The notes under the pieces are model-generated. The model was not told where the DNA came from. It saw only the letters and a list, made by a program, of their open reading frames with translations, and ran no database searches. A stretch of 64,000 bases of DNA from Squalus acanthias (lineage: Eukaryota): positions 38,626,001 to 38,690,000 of the forward strand of contig CM059445.1 in assembly GCA_030390025.1 (NCBI GenBank), given 5' to 3'. Position numbers and translations under genes: made by a program. Below are positions 13,178-24,700 of this stretch, piece by piece; positions within the stretch are counted from its first letter, which is position 1; each line of letters begins with the position of its first letter.

Positions 13178-13605
13178 AGAACATAAGAACATAAGACGTA
13201 GGAGCAGGAGCAGGTCATTTGGCCCCTCGAGCCTGCTCAAGGCTTCAAAAAGATCATGGCTGATCTGATCTTGGCCTCAACTCCACTTCCCTGCCCACTC
13301 CCCATATCCCTTGACTCCCTTACCTTTCAAATATCAGTCTATCTCCACCTTAAATATATTCAATGACCCAGCCTCCACAACTCTCTGGGGAAGAGAATTC
13401 CAAAGATTCACGACCCTCTGAGAGAAGAAATTCCTCCTCATTTCTGATTTAAAAGGGTGCCCCCTTATTCTGAAATTATGCCCCCTCGTTCTAGATTCCC
13501 CCACGAAGGGAAACACCTACCCTGTCAAGCCCCTTCAGAATCTTTTATGTTTCAATAAGATCCCCTCTCATTCTTTTAAACTCCAATGAGTACAGGCCCA
13601 ACCTT
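13178..13605 (-). mobile_element. CR1 LINE 3' fragment
   Basis: ORF 13334-13516 reads GESRTRGHN.RIRG.PF..EMRRNFFSQRVVNLWNSLP. (ATAAGAAC)n tail. Confidence 0.92.
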
Positions 13606-14094
13606 TCTGATGAACTTGCAGAGCTAAGAAACTTTCTATGAGGAGAGCCATTGGTACAAACCCATAGCCTAAAACTCCATCGTGCACCAGTGAGAACAAG
13701 GTCATGACTCTACTGCATAGGTTCCTTCAAATCTGAAGCAAGTTTTTGAAAAATCAATATGTCAGGCAGCCATTTTGAAGGGAATATTTATAAAATGGCA
13801 GCCTTTTATTTGTTTTAATTTTTCTCTTTGTCATTTGAAGATGTTGCAATAAAGTTTCAGAGACACTTATAACCGCTCATAATCCAAATGACCACTCTTC
13901 ACATATGAAACCAGATAGTCAGAATTACTGAACTGTTTAACAGTATATGGGCATTACCACTGAGCCCAATCATGTCTTCACTCAACATATGCATACTTTT
14001 TAGTAAAAGTCATTGGATAGGAATCGGGGAAACCCTGCCTGATTTTCCCCTCTTCAGCTAAGGTATATTGCAGTCAGTTATTGTATCACCACCT

Positions 14095-14388
14095 TTTTTT
14101 AAATTCATTCACGGGATGTGGGCATCAGCATTTATTGCCCACCCCTAGTTGCCCTTGAGAAGGTGGTGGTGAGCCTCCTTCTTGAACCGCTGCAGTCTGT
14201 GCAGCGAAGGTACTCCCACAGTGCTGTTAGGTAGGGAGTTCGAGGATCTTGACCCAGCGATGGTGAAGGAACTGGGATATATTTCCAAGTCAGGATGGAG
14301 GGTGACTTAGAGGGGAACTTGGAGGTGCTGGTGTTCCCATGCACCTGCTGCCCTTGTCCTTCTAGGTGCTAGAGGTCATGGGTTTGGG
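14095..14388 (-). mobile_element. 3' end of a second CR1-group LINE family; other pieces at 44195-44470, 46718-46870 and 62530-62592
   Basis: Recurrent end ...gggcaataaatgctg...cccacatcccgtgaatgaattaaaaa. ORF 44195-44461 contains LSTIYKAQV....YSPLAWM. Confidence 0.75.
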
Positions 14389-14394
14389 ATATTT

Positions 14395-15025
14395 TGCCCT
14401 GTAACTTGCTGGAAGTACGAGCTGATAACGGGGAATCTGGGACCGTAGTGAACAACAGGACCAACAGTCTACTATCTCCTTAACCAATGTAATTTAAGCA
14501 TTGAGAAAGAAACAGAGGAACAACAGAAAAGGTGATTGAAGTAGCATCATTAGGTAAAGAAAAAGAAATAAAGAGAGGGGAAGAAAAATTAGATTAAGAG
14601 TGAGAAAAAGAGAGTCATAAAGGAAAATAAGAAAAAAAATGTGAAAAATCTCTAACAGCAATTTACTACCTGTAGGAATGAGACTCCACAGTTTACATTG
14701 TTACCTTTCTGGGCTGAAGGGGTTGATAGGCATTGCAGGAATTATAATTATAAAGGTCATTCCGCTGTTAATTACCAGCCCTAACTTTCTGCAGTGAGTT
14801 TAATGGGCAATTAATGCACAAATGCAACCACTTCATGAAACTCAGGGGAGGTTGAGGGCGAGCTGTCGTTTTCACAAGGCTACCTTAAGCAAATCGTCCA
14901 GAAACTTGTGGTGATTCGCAATTTGCGGGGTATCGTTTCCTCACCACAAGTTGTTAGACAATTTACACATTAATAATGGCGAGCATCATTAAACTCACCG
15001 TTATTTTGGCAGCAAATTCTGGGCC
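14395..15025. mobile_element. Harbinger-type MITE, family D copy 1
   Basis: Right end cagcaaattctgggcc, degenerate left end. Body is homologous in reverse orientation to 61292-61915. Confidence 0.7.
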
Positions 15026-15065
15026 ACTGTCTTATCTGAGGGAAACAATTTCCACCTCACAGCTA

Positions 15066-15141
15066 CTCTACCTGAGGAAGGAGCGAACAGCTCCGAAAGC
15101 TTGTAAAATTAAATAAATCTGTTGGACTATAACCTGGTGTT
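15066..15141 (+). ncRNA. Minimal type-I hammerhead ribozyme motif in a PLE terminal-repeat fragment (family P2)
   Basis: TAC-CTGAGGA-A-GGAGC(gaaca)GCTCC-GAAA-GCTT-GTA at about 15069-15105. Downstream sequence matches the palindromic element at 18356-18540. Confidence 0.7.
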
Positions 15142-15802
15142 CACCAAGCATTAATCAAGAGTTTTAATACATGTATGCGTCAGCCCCAAGTCCAAGTGGA
15201 ATTGTTACCGAAAGCTCGGCCATGCAGCAGTGCACGTAACAATTTTTGTTATTTGTGATGATTGTATTGCTTTGGCACTGGCATCTCAGCTGATAATACA
15301 ACAACCATCCTTTCAGCCCAGAGTGGAAATGGGGGAATACACCAGAAATTAGCTTGTGCCTCCCTCCCCAAGTAAATAACACAGTTCCTAGCACCTAACT
15401 TTTACCTCCTTTGGTCTGTACAGATGCAAACATTCCATTTGTTTAAGCATTGGGTCCAAGTGTGCCAAGCATGTTTGTGTTCTGATAGCATGTGGGAGAT
15501 GATGTCCTGTACGACACGAAACATATACCATCTTTGGAAATTGAAAATAAAATTGATTATCTGAGCTTAATAAGCTGTGAAGGTTTAGACAAATGCATTT
15601 GTTATAGGTGTCATCTGTAGTCAGTGACCCTTTTATAACTTTCCTTTAATCATTTGAATTATAACACAGTCTGCGAAATTGAAGTATATAAAATATCTAT
15701 GAAACATTTTAAAACTTGTGGTCATGCAGACTAAAATGCCTGTACTTTGTCAGTTTGAAGAGTCTGTCTCCTCATAATCGGCGTCTTCTTTAAAAAATCA
15801 TA

Positions 15803-16548
15803 GAGCCAGATATTCCGATCCCTACGGGTGTACCCACCCATAGGGACATCGGAAATGCCGGTTTCAGACATGCACTGCGCATGCGCTGGAAACCGGCATT
15901 TCCGATCTGTCAAGAAAGCTCTTGACAGATCCTCCAGCTGCCCTGGAGAAGGGCCTCTGGGGGCGGAGAGTTCCGCTTTTTGGAGACCCTCCGCCCGCAG
16001 AAAACCCTTACAATTCTTGCGCCTGGTAAAAGTAGGCGTAAGGCCTGCTTTTACAAGGATAAGAGTTGAAAAAAGTTTTTTTTTTTTAATTTCCACTGAT
16101 TTATCATTTAAAAATACTTTAAAAAAAGGTAAGTTTATTTTTAGCTCCGTAAAAAACTTAAATTATTTTTTTGAAAAATTTAAAGTTTTGTTTAAAATAG
16201 TTAATTTATTGTACTTTCAAATCATTTTTAAAAACGTGATTTTAAAAAAAAATTATTTAAAGTTTTACTATGTTTTGGGGGTGATCTCCATTCATATATT
16301 TGACAGGTCTTCCTGTCAAATGTATGAAGGGAGACTCCCTTCTGTGATTGGCTCCCCATGGCCCACGTGATCCCAGGGACGCTGTGAACTACCTGCACCT
16401 CTGGGATACGTGGGCCCTGCACACCGGCAGTTTGGAGAGGCCCAGCACCGGAATTGTGCGCCTCCCGGGAGCCCTCAGGTAAGGGCACAGATTTTTCCAG
16501 ATCGCAGTTCTCCGCCCGCGGGAGGCCTGCGATCGGAATATCTGGGCC
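15803..16548 (+). mobile_element. Harbinger-type MITE, family B copy 2
   Basis: TIRs GAGCCAGATATTCCGATC and GGCCCAGATATTCCGATC (rc). ATA TSD at 15800-15802 and 16549-16551. Confidence 0.92.
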
Positions 16549-16569
16549 ATAGAGTTTTAAATGTTCATG

Positions 16570-16900
16570 TTCGTCTTTCGGATGAGACGTTAAACCAAGG
16601 CCCCGTCTGCTCTCTCAGATGGATGTAAAAGTTCCCGTAGCACTATTTTGAAGAAGAGCAGGGGAGTTCTCCCCGGTGTCCTGGGCCAATATTTCTCCCT
16701 CAACCAACAGAACAAAAACAGATTATCTGGTCATTTTCACATTGCTGTTTGTGGGACCTTACTGTGCGCAAATTGGCTGCCGCGTTTCCCACATTACAAC
16801 AGTGACTCCACTTCAAAAAGTACTTCATTGGCTGGAAAGTGCTTTTGAGACGTCCGGTGGTCGTGAAAGGCGCTATATAAATGCAAGTCTTTCTTTTTTC
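16570..16900 (+). mobile_element. 5'-truncated Deu-core SINE
   Basis: gtctttcggatgagacgttaaaccaaggccccgtctgc...gaagaagagcaggggagttctccccggtgtcc, with tail gcgctatataaatgcaagtc. Confidence 0.85.
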
Positions 16901-17874
16901 TTTCTGTTAACTGTTTTGAATATTCTTCTTCAAACTGTGAGCACTGCTGACTATCACTGTGGGAATTAACTGGGTGGAGTTGGTGATCTGAGCTGCATGA
17001 AGGATTTGTATTAAGCGCAGATAGTTGAAGTGACAAGATCACTGAAGCACTCTCAGCTAATGAGTGTGTCTACCGATGTTAATTCATTTTCGTCACACTA
17101 TAGGGTTCAGTAACTTCTCACAGCCAACTCACATGCCACCCTCCCTTGGATGAAGTAATAATGTTTGAGAATAAATATTCATAAATCAACAGGGGGAAAA
17201 CATCCAAAAAGGATGTTAAGTTTATTCAGTGTGTGATTGTGAGACTCCCCTTTAATTTACAGAGATTAATTTATGGATGACTGATATTTCCCATTTATGT
17301 ACTCAGTATTACTTATAAAGATGTCAATGCTGAGAAAAATTATCCAAGACTGCTATGTAACTTTTCAGTATATATTTTTCTTCCTACAGCTGAAATGTAA
17401 GTTACATTTGCAATAAAAAAAATGTACATGATTGAAATTTTGCTCAAGATTCTGGCTAATCATTTCTCAGAGATGAGTGCAACAAAAAAAAAAGTTTGGT
17501 ATCCTTTTGGTAATGGCACAGTGGGTGTAGTACCTTGAATTCACATCTAAACTGTGCTTACGTTTCGCAGGTCTCTTCTGGGCATGGGAAGGAAAGCCGT
17601 GGTGGAGATGGGGAAAGCCAAGCAATTGAGCGAAGGCAGCAAGGAGATGGGTTTTCTGCTTTTCTGATGCCAGCAATGCAATGTCCTGTCCATTCACTTT
17701 AGCGGACAGAAAATTGCAGGTGGACCACAAAGGTGGAATATCTGGACTTGAAATGTGGAAGAGGAGATGTAATGGGGGATAATCACAATCACAAAATTAA
17801 TTGTAAAAAATGCACTACGCCATAAGTACCATAAAGTCCCAGGTTCAGTTATCAATCTGACATGAATTAGTTGA

Positions 17875-18016
17875 AATAAAAACAGAAAATGCTGGAAATA
17901 CTCTGCAGCTTTCCATTAACTCTGTTTCTCTCTCTACAGATGCTGCCTGACCTGCTGAGTATTTCCAGCATTTCCTGGTTTTATTTCAGATTTCCAGCAT
18001 CCGCAGTATTTTGCTT
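17875..18016 (+). mobile_element. PLE terminal fragment (family P1) with short inverted arm
   Basis: 13-bp TSD ATGAATTAGTTGA at 17862-17874 and 18017-18029. Body matches the 3' end of the PLE at 63493-63973. Confidence 0.85.
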
Positions 18017-18355
18017 ATGAATTAGTTGATCTGTGCAGGGGTAGGGGAATCTCATCTCTGATTTCTAACCAGTGACCTCTGCTGGAAAGTGTACATGTGG
18101 GCATTTGGTGAAGACAAATCAGGCTTGGCGCTGATATTCCCCCCCACGCCCTCCTCCCCCAAGTTCTGTTAACAATTCTTAGATTCACACGAGACGAAAT
18201 TGGCCACTTGTGTGAGCTACTGGAGAAAGACCAGTGTCGACCTCAACAAGAATGAATGGCTACAGGAAGGGGGAGAATGGGAAAAAGAATCAATTTCTTA
18301 TGTTTTTATCTCCTTTTTAATTCCTCATCCTTAACGCACTGTATACCTTCATCTA

Positions 18356-18540
18356 GACAAAAATGAGAAGTCTCACAACACCAGGTTATAGTCCAACAGT
18401 TTTATTTGAAATCACGAGCTTTCGGAGCGCAGCGCTCCGAAAGCTAGTGATTGCAAATAAAACTGTTGGACTATAACCTGGTGTTGTGAGACTTCTCATT
18501 TTTGTCCACCCCAGTCCAACACCGGCATCTCCGCATCACA
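18356..18540 (+). mobile_element. PLE fold-back insertion (family P2) containing a 151-bp near-perfect palindrome
   Basis: Arms 18356-18429 and 18433-18506, centre GGAGCG-CAG-CGCTCC. Flanking repeat TTCATCTAGACA at 18348-18359 and 18541-18552. Confidence 0.85.
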
Positions 18541-19524
18541 TTCATCTAGACAGTAACAGGTAACCTGTCTTTGTTGTGTATCTGGCCACACGAGGTATGT
18601 GGAAATGTCTCAGGGTAACTTAGCTGTTCATTTCTCTCCCTCTCCTTTAAGGAAGTGCTTGGCCTATTTTACCCCCAAGAATGCAGATGAGAAGTAGGGT
18701 TTTGCATGTGAGGGAATCACAAGTGACAATCCCATTGCAAACAGGCTGCCTCAGTGCCAGTCCGAGCAGAATGATGGGGTTTGTACAGTTTTTACAAGTA
18801 ATAACTGAGCTACAACTGAAATAAATAATTATAGAGAATGTGCAGTACAGAAACAGGCCATTGGGCCCAACTCGTCTGTGCCGGTGTTTATGCTCCACTG
18901 TAAGGGTTTTTTTGGATCGTGCTTGTATCGCAGCCGGTGCTGGTGCGGGGTTAGGCCTTCGTTGCCTAATACTATTGCTTGCTCTGGTCTCCGGCCAGCC
19001 TTGTTGCAATAAGCACCTGTGAGTGGTTCGACCCACTCGCCCTTACGGTTCTAACGCTGGACTTAGGTGCGAGAGCAATAATGCAGAGAAAACTCAAATA
19101 GACCCGGTTGAATAGTACGAAATGGAAATCTTTATTGCATAGCGTCTAAAATCATGAAGTACATGTCATAGGCACAGATTAACGATAGTACAAGTAAACA
19201 TACATTCATAAAGCTTGGTCTATGGTAATGAAGAACGCACGGCACATCGTAGAAAGGGGAACACATTATAATTTATCCTTAATAAAAACCACCCTCCCCT
19301 ATCAATCCCTACGCTATATCTAGATTTGTAGGATCGGGAAGCATGCTCACCACTCGTGATATTTCGGAGGATTTTAAAGTGAGGCGTTTGGCTCGTTTTG
19401 CTGCAGCGCCTGACTGTCACGTGTTTGGAGGGGTCTCTGTACGCCTCTTGTTTATCTTCTCTGCTGCGACAAGCAGGCCAGATCGTCTGTTGTCATGAAG
19501 AATTCTGTAGACCTCGGACACGTT

Positions 19525-19635
19525 GGTAAAATTCGAAGAAGAGTCTTCCTGTACCGACACCGGTTGTCGGTAGAATTCAAAGAAGAGTCTTTGCCCGGTT
19601 CGTGTAGTAACCGGTAGAGTTCAAAAATGAGTTTT
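19525..19635. repeat. Three 23-bp repeats at 44-bp period separated by dissimilar hairpin-forming 21-bp spacers
   Basis: GGTAAAATTCGAAGAAGAGTCTT at 19525, GGTAGAATTCAAAGAAGAGTCTT at 19569 and GGTAGAGTTCAAAAATGAGTTTT at 19613. Confidence 0.8.
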
Positions 19636-20088
19636 ATATTTTCGGGCACGGTCGGGGTTTACTGACCGCGGCGGCACGTGGCTTCTTCTTCTTCTCGTCT
19701 CATCTCTTCGGGCCTTCGGGTCCAGACACCGTTTACCGACTCTCGATATGGTGCACCCGGGCACTTGCCTTTGTTGAGGCGGCTCGTTCCGTTTGAGCTC
19801 CACCCAACATTCGAATAACCGACAGGTACGGCTAAAAGTCAACAAACTCCAGCAAAGACACAAAAGGCTGCTCGTCCAGCAGAGCCACACCCGAGGATCA
19901 GGATAAGGGAATAAGAGACCGATGGACATTTGTTCACTATAGTTATAGTGCTGTGTCTCCTTATCTCCCGCCCAAAACTTAATGTCTTTTTCTTTGTGAA
20001 ATATTGGCGCTCCATATTCTCAGCATGGGGCGATTCTTGTCTTTAATGGGTTTCGGTAGCACTTGAAACTGGTCAAATACCCGTTAAT

Positions 20089-20832
20089 GGCCCAGAAATT
20101 GATCCCGCGACGCGAGAGTACGCACTGCGTACTCTCACGTATTCCCACTCCAATTGCCGGTTTTCTGCATGCCCTGCGCATGCGCTGAAAACCGGCAATT
20201 GCTCTTTTGAAAAGGGGGCGGTTCCTCGGTGCATCGCGTGCGCGCTACAGGCTGCGCGCACGCTGTGCACTTCATGCTTTGGACGCGCAGGTAAGTACGG
20301 AAGATTTTAGAAATGGAAAAAGGAGGAGTAAGACCCACTTTTAAGAAGGTAAGTAGTGAATTAAGTATTTTTTTGAATTTTTTTTAACAGGTATATCTTT
20401 TTTAGAGACTTTAAAGACAGGTAAGTTTATTTTTATAACTTTTTAAAAGATTTTAAATTTTTTCAAAAATTTAATTTTTTATTTAAAATGGTTAATTTAA
20501 TTAACTATACTTATTTTATTAATGTGATGGCTTTTTTTTTTAATTTAATTGAGGTTTAGCTGTTATTTTGGGGGGGTGTAAGATTCATAGATTTCACAGC
20601 ACGTATGTGAAACTTATGAATGGAAGATGGTGTGCTGCCATTGGCTCTAACTGAGTCACGTGATCCCACAGCTCGCACGAATTCACTACGCCGGTGGGAT
20701 ACGCAAGCACTGCCCAGCTGATGTCTGGAACATCAAGTTCGTGCGAGCTGGATCTGAAAAAGCACAAGCGGAGTGAGAGATCGCGGGGAAGCCTTACCCC
20801 CGCGGGAACAGAGCGAGATCAATTTCTGGGCC
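20089..20832 (+). mobile_element. Harbinger-type MITE, family C copy 1, nested in the solo LTR
   Basis: Perfect TIR GGCCCAGAAATTGATC with flanks AAT/ATT. Inverted homolog at 52842-53584. Confidence 0.9.
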
Positions 20833-21723
20833 ATTGTTTTCCCCATTGTTGATCCAGCCAGGATCGTCTGAATCGTCTCTCTGACTGGTTTTGGGGGCCC
20901 CCGAATACTCGTTTAATCACCCGAGAATGGCTCTCTCATTGTAGAGCCGTGGGGATAATTGTGTATTGCTCTGTCTGGATGGGCCTTCGATCGCCCAGTA
21001 CAATGAGCCTTACTTGTGCATGGAAAACGATTCCAGCACTCATATCTATTGCTATTGTTTCGAATGCAAACAGGTTGCATCCTGTCTTTATCAATGTTTG
21101 CTGAATATTATCCAATCTTATACTGAAATGTTTATTCGAACGCCATCTTGTCTGCCCACTGAAAACTCTGGAAGCTTCTGTCACGATGCGTGGCGGCCAT
21201 TTTACAGGCTTCTTGTGTCCGTTTTAATCATGACAGCCTTTCGTTTAAATAAACTGATTAAACGAATCTGTTTCTCTCTCTCGTTATTTTGAATCGTGAT
21301 ATTTGCGAACTTTACACCACACCAGCCTCATCCCACCGCTCTTCATCTAACCCTAGCAGCACAGCCTATTCCTTTCTCCCACATGTGTTTATCGAGCTTC
21401 CCCTTAAATACATCTGAGCTAATTGCCTGAACTGCTCCTTGTGGGAGTGAGTTCCACATTCAAACCACTCTCTGGATAAAGAAATTTCTCCTGAATTCCC
21501 TCTTGGATTTATTCGTGACCATCTTATATTTATGGTCCCTAGTTTTGGTCTACCTCACAAATGGAAACCTTAAAGACACCCAAGGATGGGTTGGGTGGGT
21601 GGGTGGGGGGGGAGAGGAGTAAAATTCCTTTGGTGGTTAATTTTATCAAGAGGAAACTGCTAAAAATGAACAAATGGAATTTTACCCCACACTTTAAAAA
21701 AAAAATGTATAACACGGACAGAC

Positions 21724-21765
21724 CTTCTGTGTGAACTCACACAACTTCTGTGTGAACTCACACAA
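21724..21765. repeat. 21-bp tandem duplication
   Basis: CTTCTGTGTGAACTCACACAA occurs twice in tandem. Confidence 0.9.
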
Positions 21766-24700
21766 CATATAAAATTCAGATCTCTTCAGATGTGGCTTGA
21801 ATAATTAATGATGTGGTTCAAAACCACCATGAACAATTATGACAGCTATTGGATGAAAGTTCTTCATACAGCACAGATGTGTCAGAGTGACAGTCCAATT
21901 AATTTTTTCAAAAGATGAATCCGGCTTTGAGCTGCTCGGTTTTGATTTGGGGGGTCATTCGGAATGGTTCCTTTTGACCTTGTTGTAATGCTGTCCTTAG
22001 ATTATAGATAAAGTACATTCTAATGAGGGGTATATAGTAGAGTGTTTGATGAGGTTTTTCCAAATAGCACAAGCAATATATAATGTGACCTTCAATCCCT
22101 TTGTCTTTATATTATTGATACTAATCTCATCATTGCTTCTCTGTATCTTTCTCTCTCGTTCCTCATAAGCGCCAAAAGCTCATGCTGTTCCTCCTCCCCT
22201 CCCCCCCGCCCCCCCTCCCTATATTTCCACTCTACTGAAATTAAGGCTAATTGCACTATGTCTTAGTGTAATCTATTCTTCTCTCGGACCTGAAAACTAG
22301 GGATCTCCTCACCTCACTCAGCCTTACAGTTCACAAGGTTTAAAATGCAAACTTGTCATCATCTGACTGCTAATTCATGATTGTCCTCATCTTCTTTCTT
22401 ACTCTTTTCAACCTTGGTGGGGCCTTGCACTGAACTGACCTCGCAAAAAGTGAAAGTTATACCAGATAGTAGCTGGTGTCTTTATGCGTGTATTTGTAGG
22501 ACATATAAGTCAACTGCTACCAGCAATAAGTGCAGACACAGTAGGCAGTGGAATGATGTATTGTATTTGGAGCATCAAAGTATACTTCTACTGAGTGGTG
22601 GGACAAGTTTAATTCATCATGTTAATAAATTCCCAATCTCGGCTGTCACTATGGGGAGACACCCAACAGAGGACAGGTGCCTTATTGTGGAGAACAGTGA
22701 AAAATTGGAGATAGTGATCCCCAGTCTAATCTCAAACACCCTTCCTGGGGGTCAGTTTGAAACACAGCCGTTTGCCCTCTTGATTGCAGTTACTGCAGAT
22801 AGAATGTAGACTTAAAATACAAACCCTGAACTGAGCAAAATCACACACATAATTCACAGTTTCTAGTGTAAAATTAAATAACTATACTGGATTAGCTACA
22901 AGGCAGTTTTTTCATCTTAGCTTTGGATGATTGATAGAACACCTTTTGAATCACTCAAGAAGAATATGCCTTGTAAGGATTTCACCTGAGTTATTTTCCA
23001 GTAGTCAACTGTATATTGTAATTCAGAAAACTTCCAGTGACCGTGGTTTGGGAATAGTTTAACACTTCAGGCCTTGAGTTTGGCCATGGGCCTTGTGCGC
23101 TTTCTTGCTTCCTGCTTTCTTTATTGTGGTCTTCAGTTCTTTCTGGCAATTGTTCTTGGTTACTTTCTGCAGTATTTGTCATCATTTGTTGAAAGTTCCC
23201 ACGTGATTTCCTGCACTTCAGCCTACTCTGAGCAACAAAAGCTGTAACCACATAGGAGACATAAGGCGTTGCCTACTTGGAACTGTATTGAGATTGTCCC
23301 ACAATAATATAACTTAGGACTTTTATAGCCATCAGTTTGGGCTGAATTCAAACCCAGATGCAATGTGTGAAAGCCACTGCACCATCCAGATCCCCTCTGC
23401 CGTGTTCATCTTAAACTCTCTGGCTGACTAAAGTGTAGTCACATGGTTTAAATAGTTTAAAGGTTACACTGTAAATCTAGCATGTGTCAAAGCTGGGCAT
23501 TATCTTAACTATCTACCAAGGGGCTCACCTGATTGCACAGAGCTCATAGTGTGACTGAGGCATGCAGATCAGAAAATGCTAAGCTCAAGGCCCAGTCTTC
23601 ACTGAGTTAGTTAACCTCAGCCAGTGTATTATTTGGAGGGCGACAATGGGCTTCAATGTTTTTCATCCATGGAATGTGAAAAAAAACGTTTGTGATTGAT
23701 TTCTCATGAACACTCCAGGAAATACAAATGCGTGGACATGAAAGGCTGAGCTGTGACACCACCGATGATCAAGTATACCTCAATGTTTGGCCTCACGTGA
23801 AGAATAGCTACTTGGGCGAGATACCAGAGGGTTACTGACACTCATGAAAATAGGTCACAAGGGTTGGTGCCTTCAAGAGAGGAAAAGACTCTGACTTATG
23901 GATTGTCACGGCTAAAATTACACTTCCAGTTACCACTGTTAGACCTTGGAGAGATAAGGAGGCATAAAAATAATCTGAAACTGCAATAATTGGCTTTAGG
24001 AAAATCTTTTGTTTCATTTACTTGAGATGATCCTGACTATAATGTTTCAAGTAAAAAAAAAAAATAGACTTCTGTCACCAGCAGGGCAGTTCCAGTACTT
24101 CTACTTGCAGCAGAAACACTATTTTGATAATATAGAAAGTATGTATGACTGGTGTTGTTGTTTTTCTAACTGATCTTAAAAGAGGCAACAATAGCAGAAG
24201 AAAACAAGCACAGTCGATATCAATAGGGAATATAAAGAAGCATTACAGTAAAAATGTAGGCAGTGTGCCAGAATAGTGATAAAATAATGTAGGAGTATCA
24301 GCAGAGGACAGGCAGCGAATTCTCGTAACACTTAATCCATTAAAAATTTATCCCAGTGTTCACTTATTTGCTTTGACACTCATCAGCCCCTTGTTGAGAG
24401 GTTGTGGTAGTAGAACAGTAGAGCTCTGATTCTGTGACTGCAAGTGCTCATATGTTTTGGGAATTTGTTAATACTGGATATGGGAGTCTAACTAAATTGC
24501 TCATTTTTTTTTAAACTTTCATAATTAGGAAAATAGGATATGGGGCAGAATAACTACAAGGAGTTTAGAAAACAAAACCGAGCAATTACTGTTTGCAAAT
24601 TAGCATCTCAGTACTTAACACATGAGTATGGCATTCATCTGTCTGCTATTTTAACAGAGACACTAACTCATTTAAAATAAACTCTTCGATGCCCCCATTA

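Larger units (their letters stand above)
18899..21316 (-). mobile_element. Long solo LTR (about 1.67 kb without the nested MITE), Gypsy or endogenous-retrovirus type
   Basis: TGTAAGG...CTTTACA termini with CCAC TSD at 18895-18898 and 21317-21320. On the minus strand, CCAAT (~20005), GC box (~19970), TATAA (~19945) and AATAAA (19131-19136) occur in LTR order. Confidence 0.85.
18830..21570 (-). mobile_element. CR1 3' fragment split by the solo LTR
   Basis: ccggtgtttatgctccac (to 18898) continues as accagcctcatcccacc (from 21321) into CR1 3' sequence. Confidence 0.8.

Noticed and set aside
15828-16370. 180-aa ORF and similar ORFs in family B and C MITEs
   Set aside because: It runs through an AT-rich low-complexity core and is not kept open in sister copies.
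19525-19635. CRISPR array
   Set aside because: Only three imperfect repeats, located in a vertebrate LTR with no cas genes. The hairpins are in the spacers rather than the repeats. Kept as a structured repeat.
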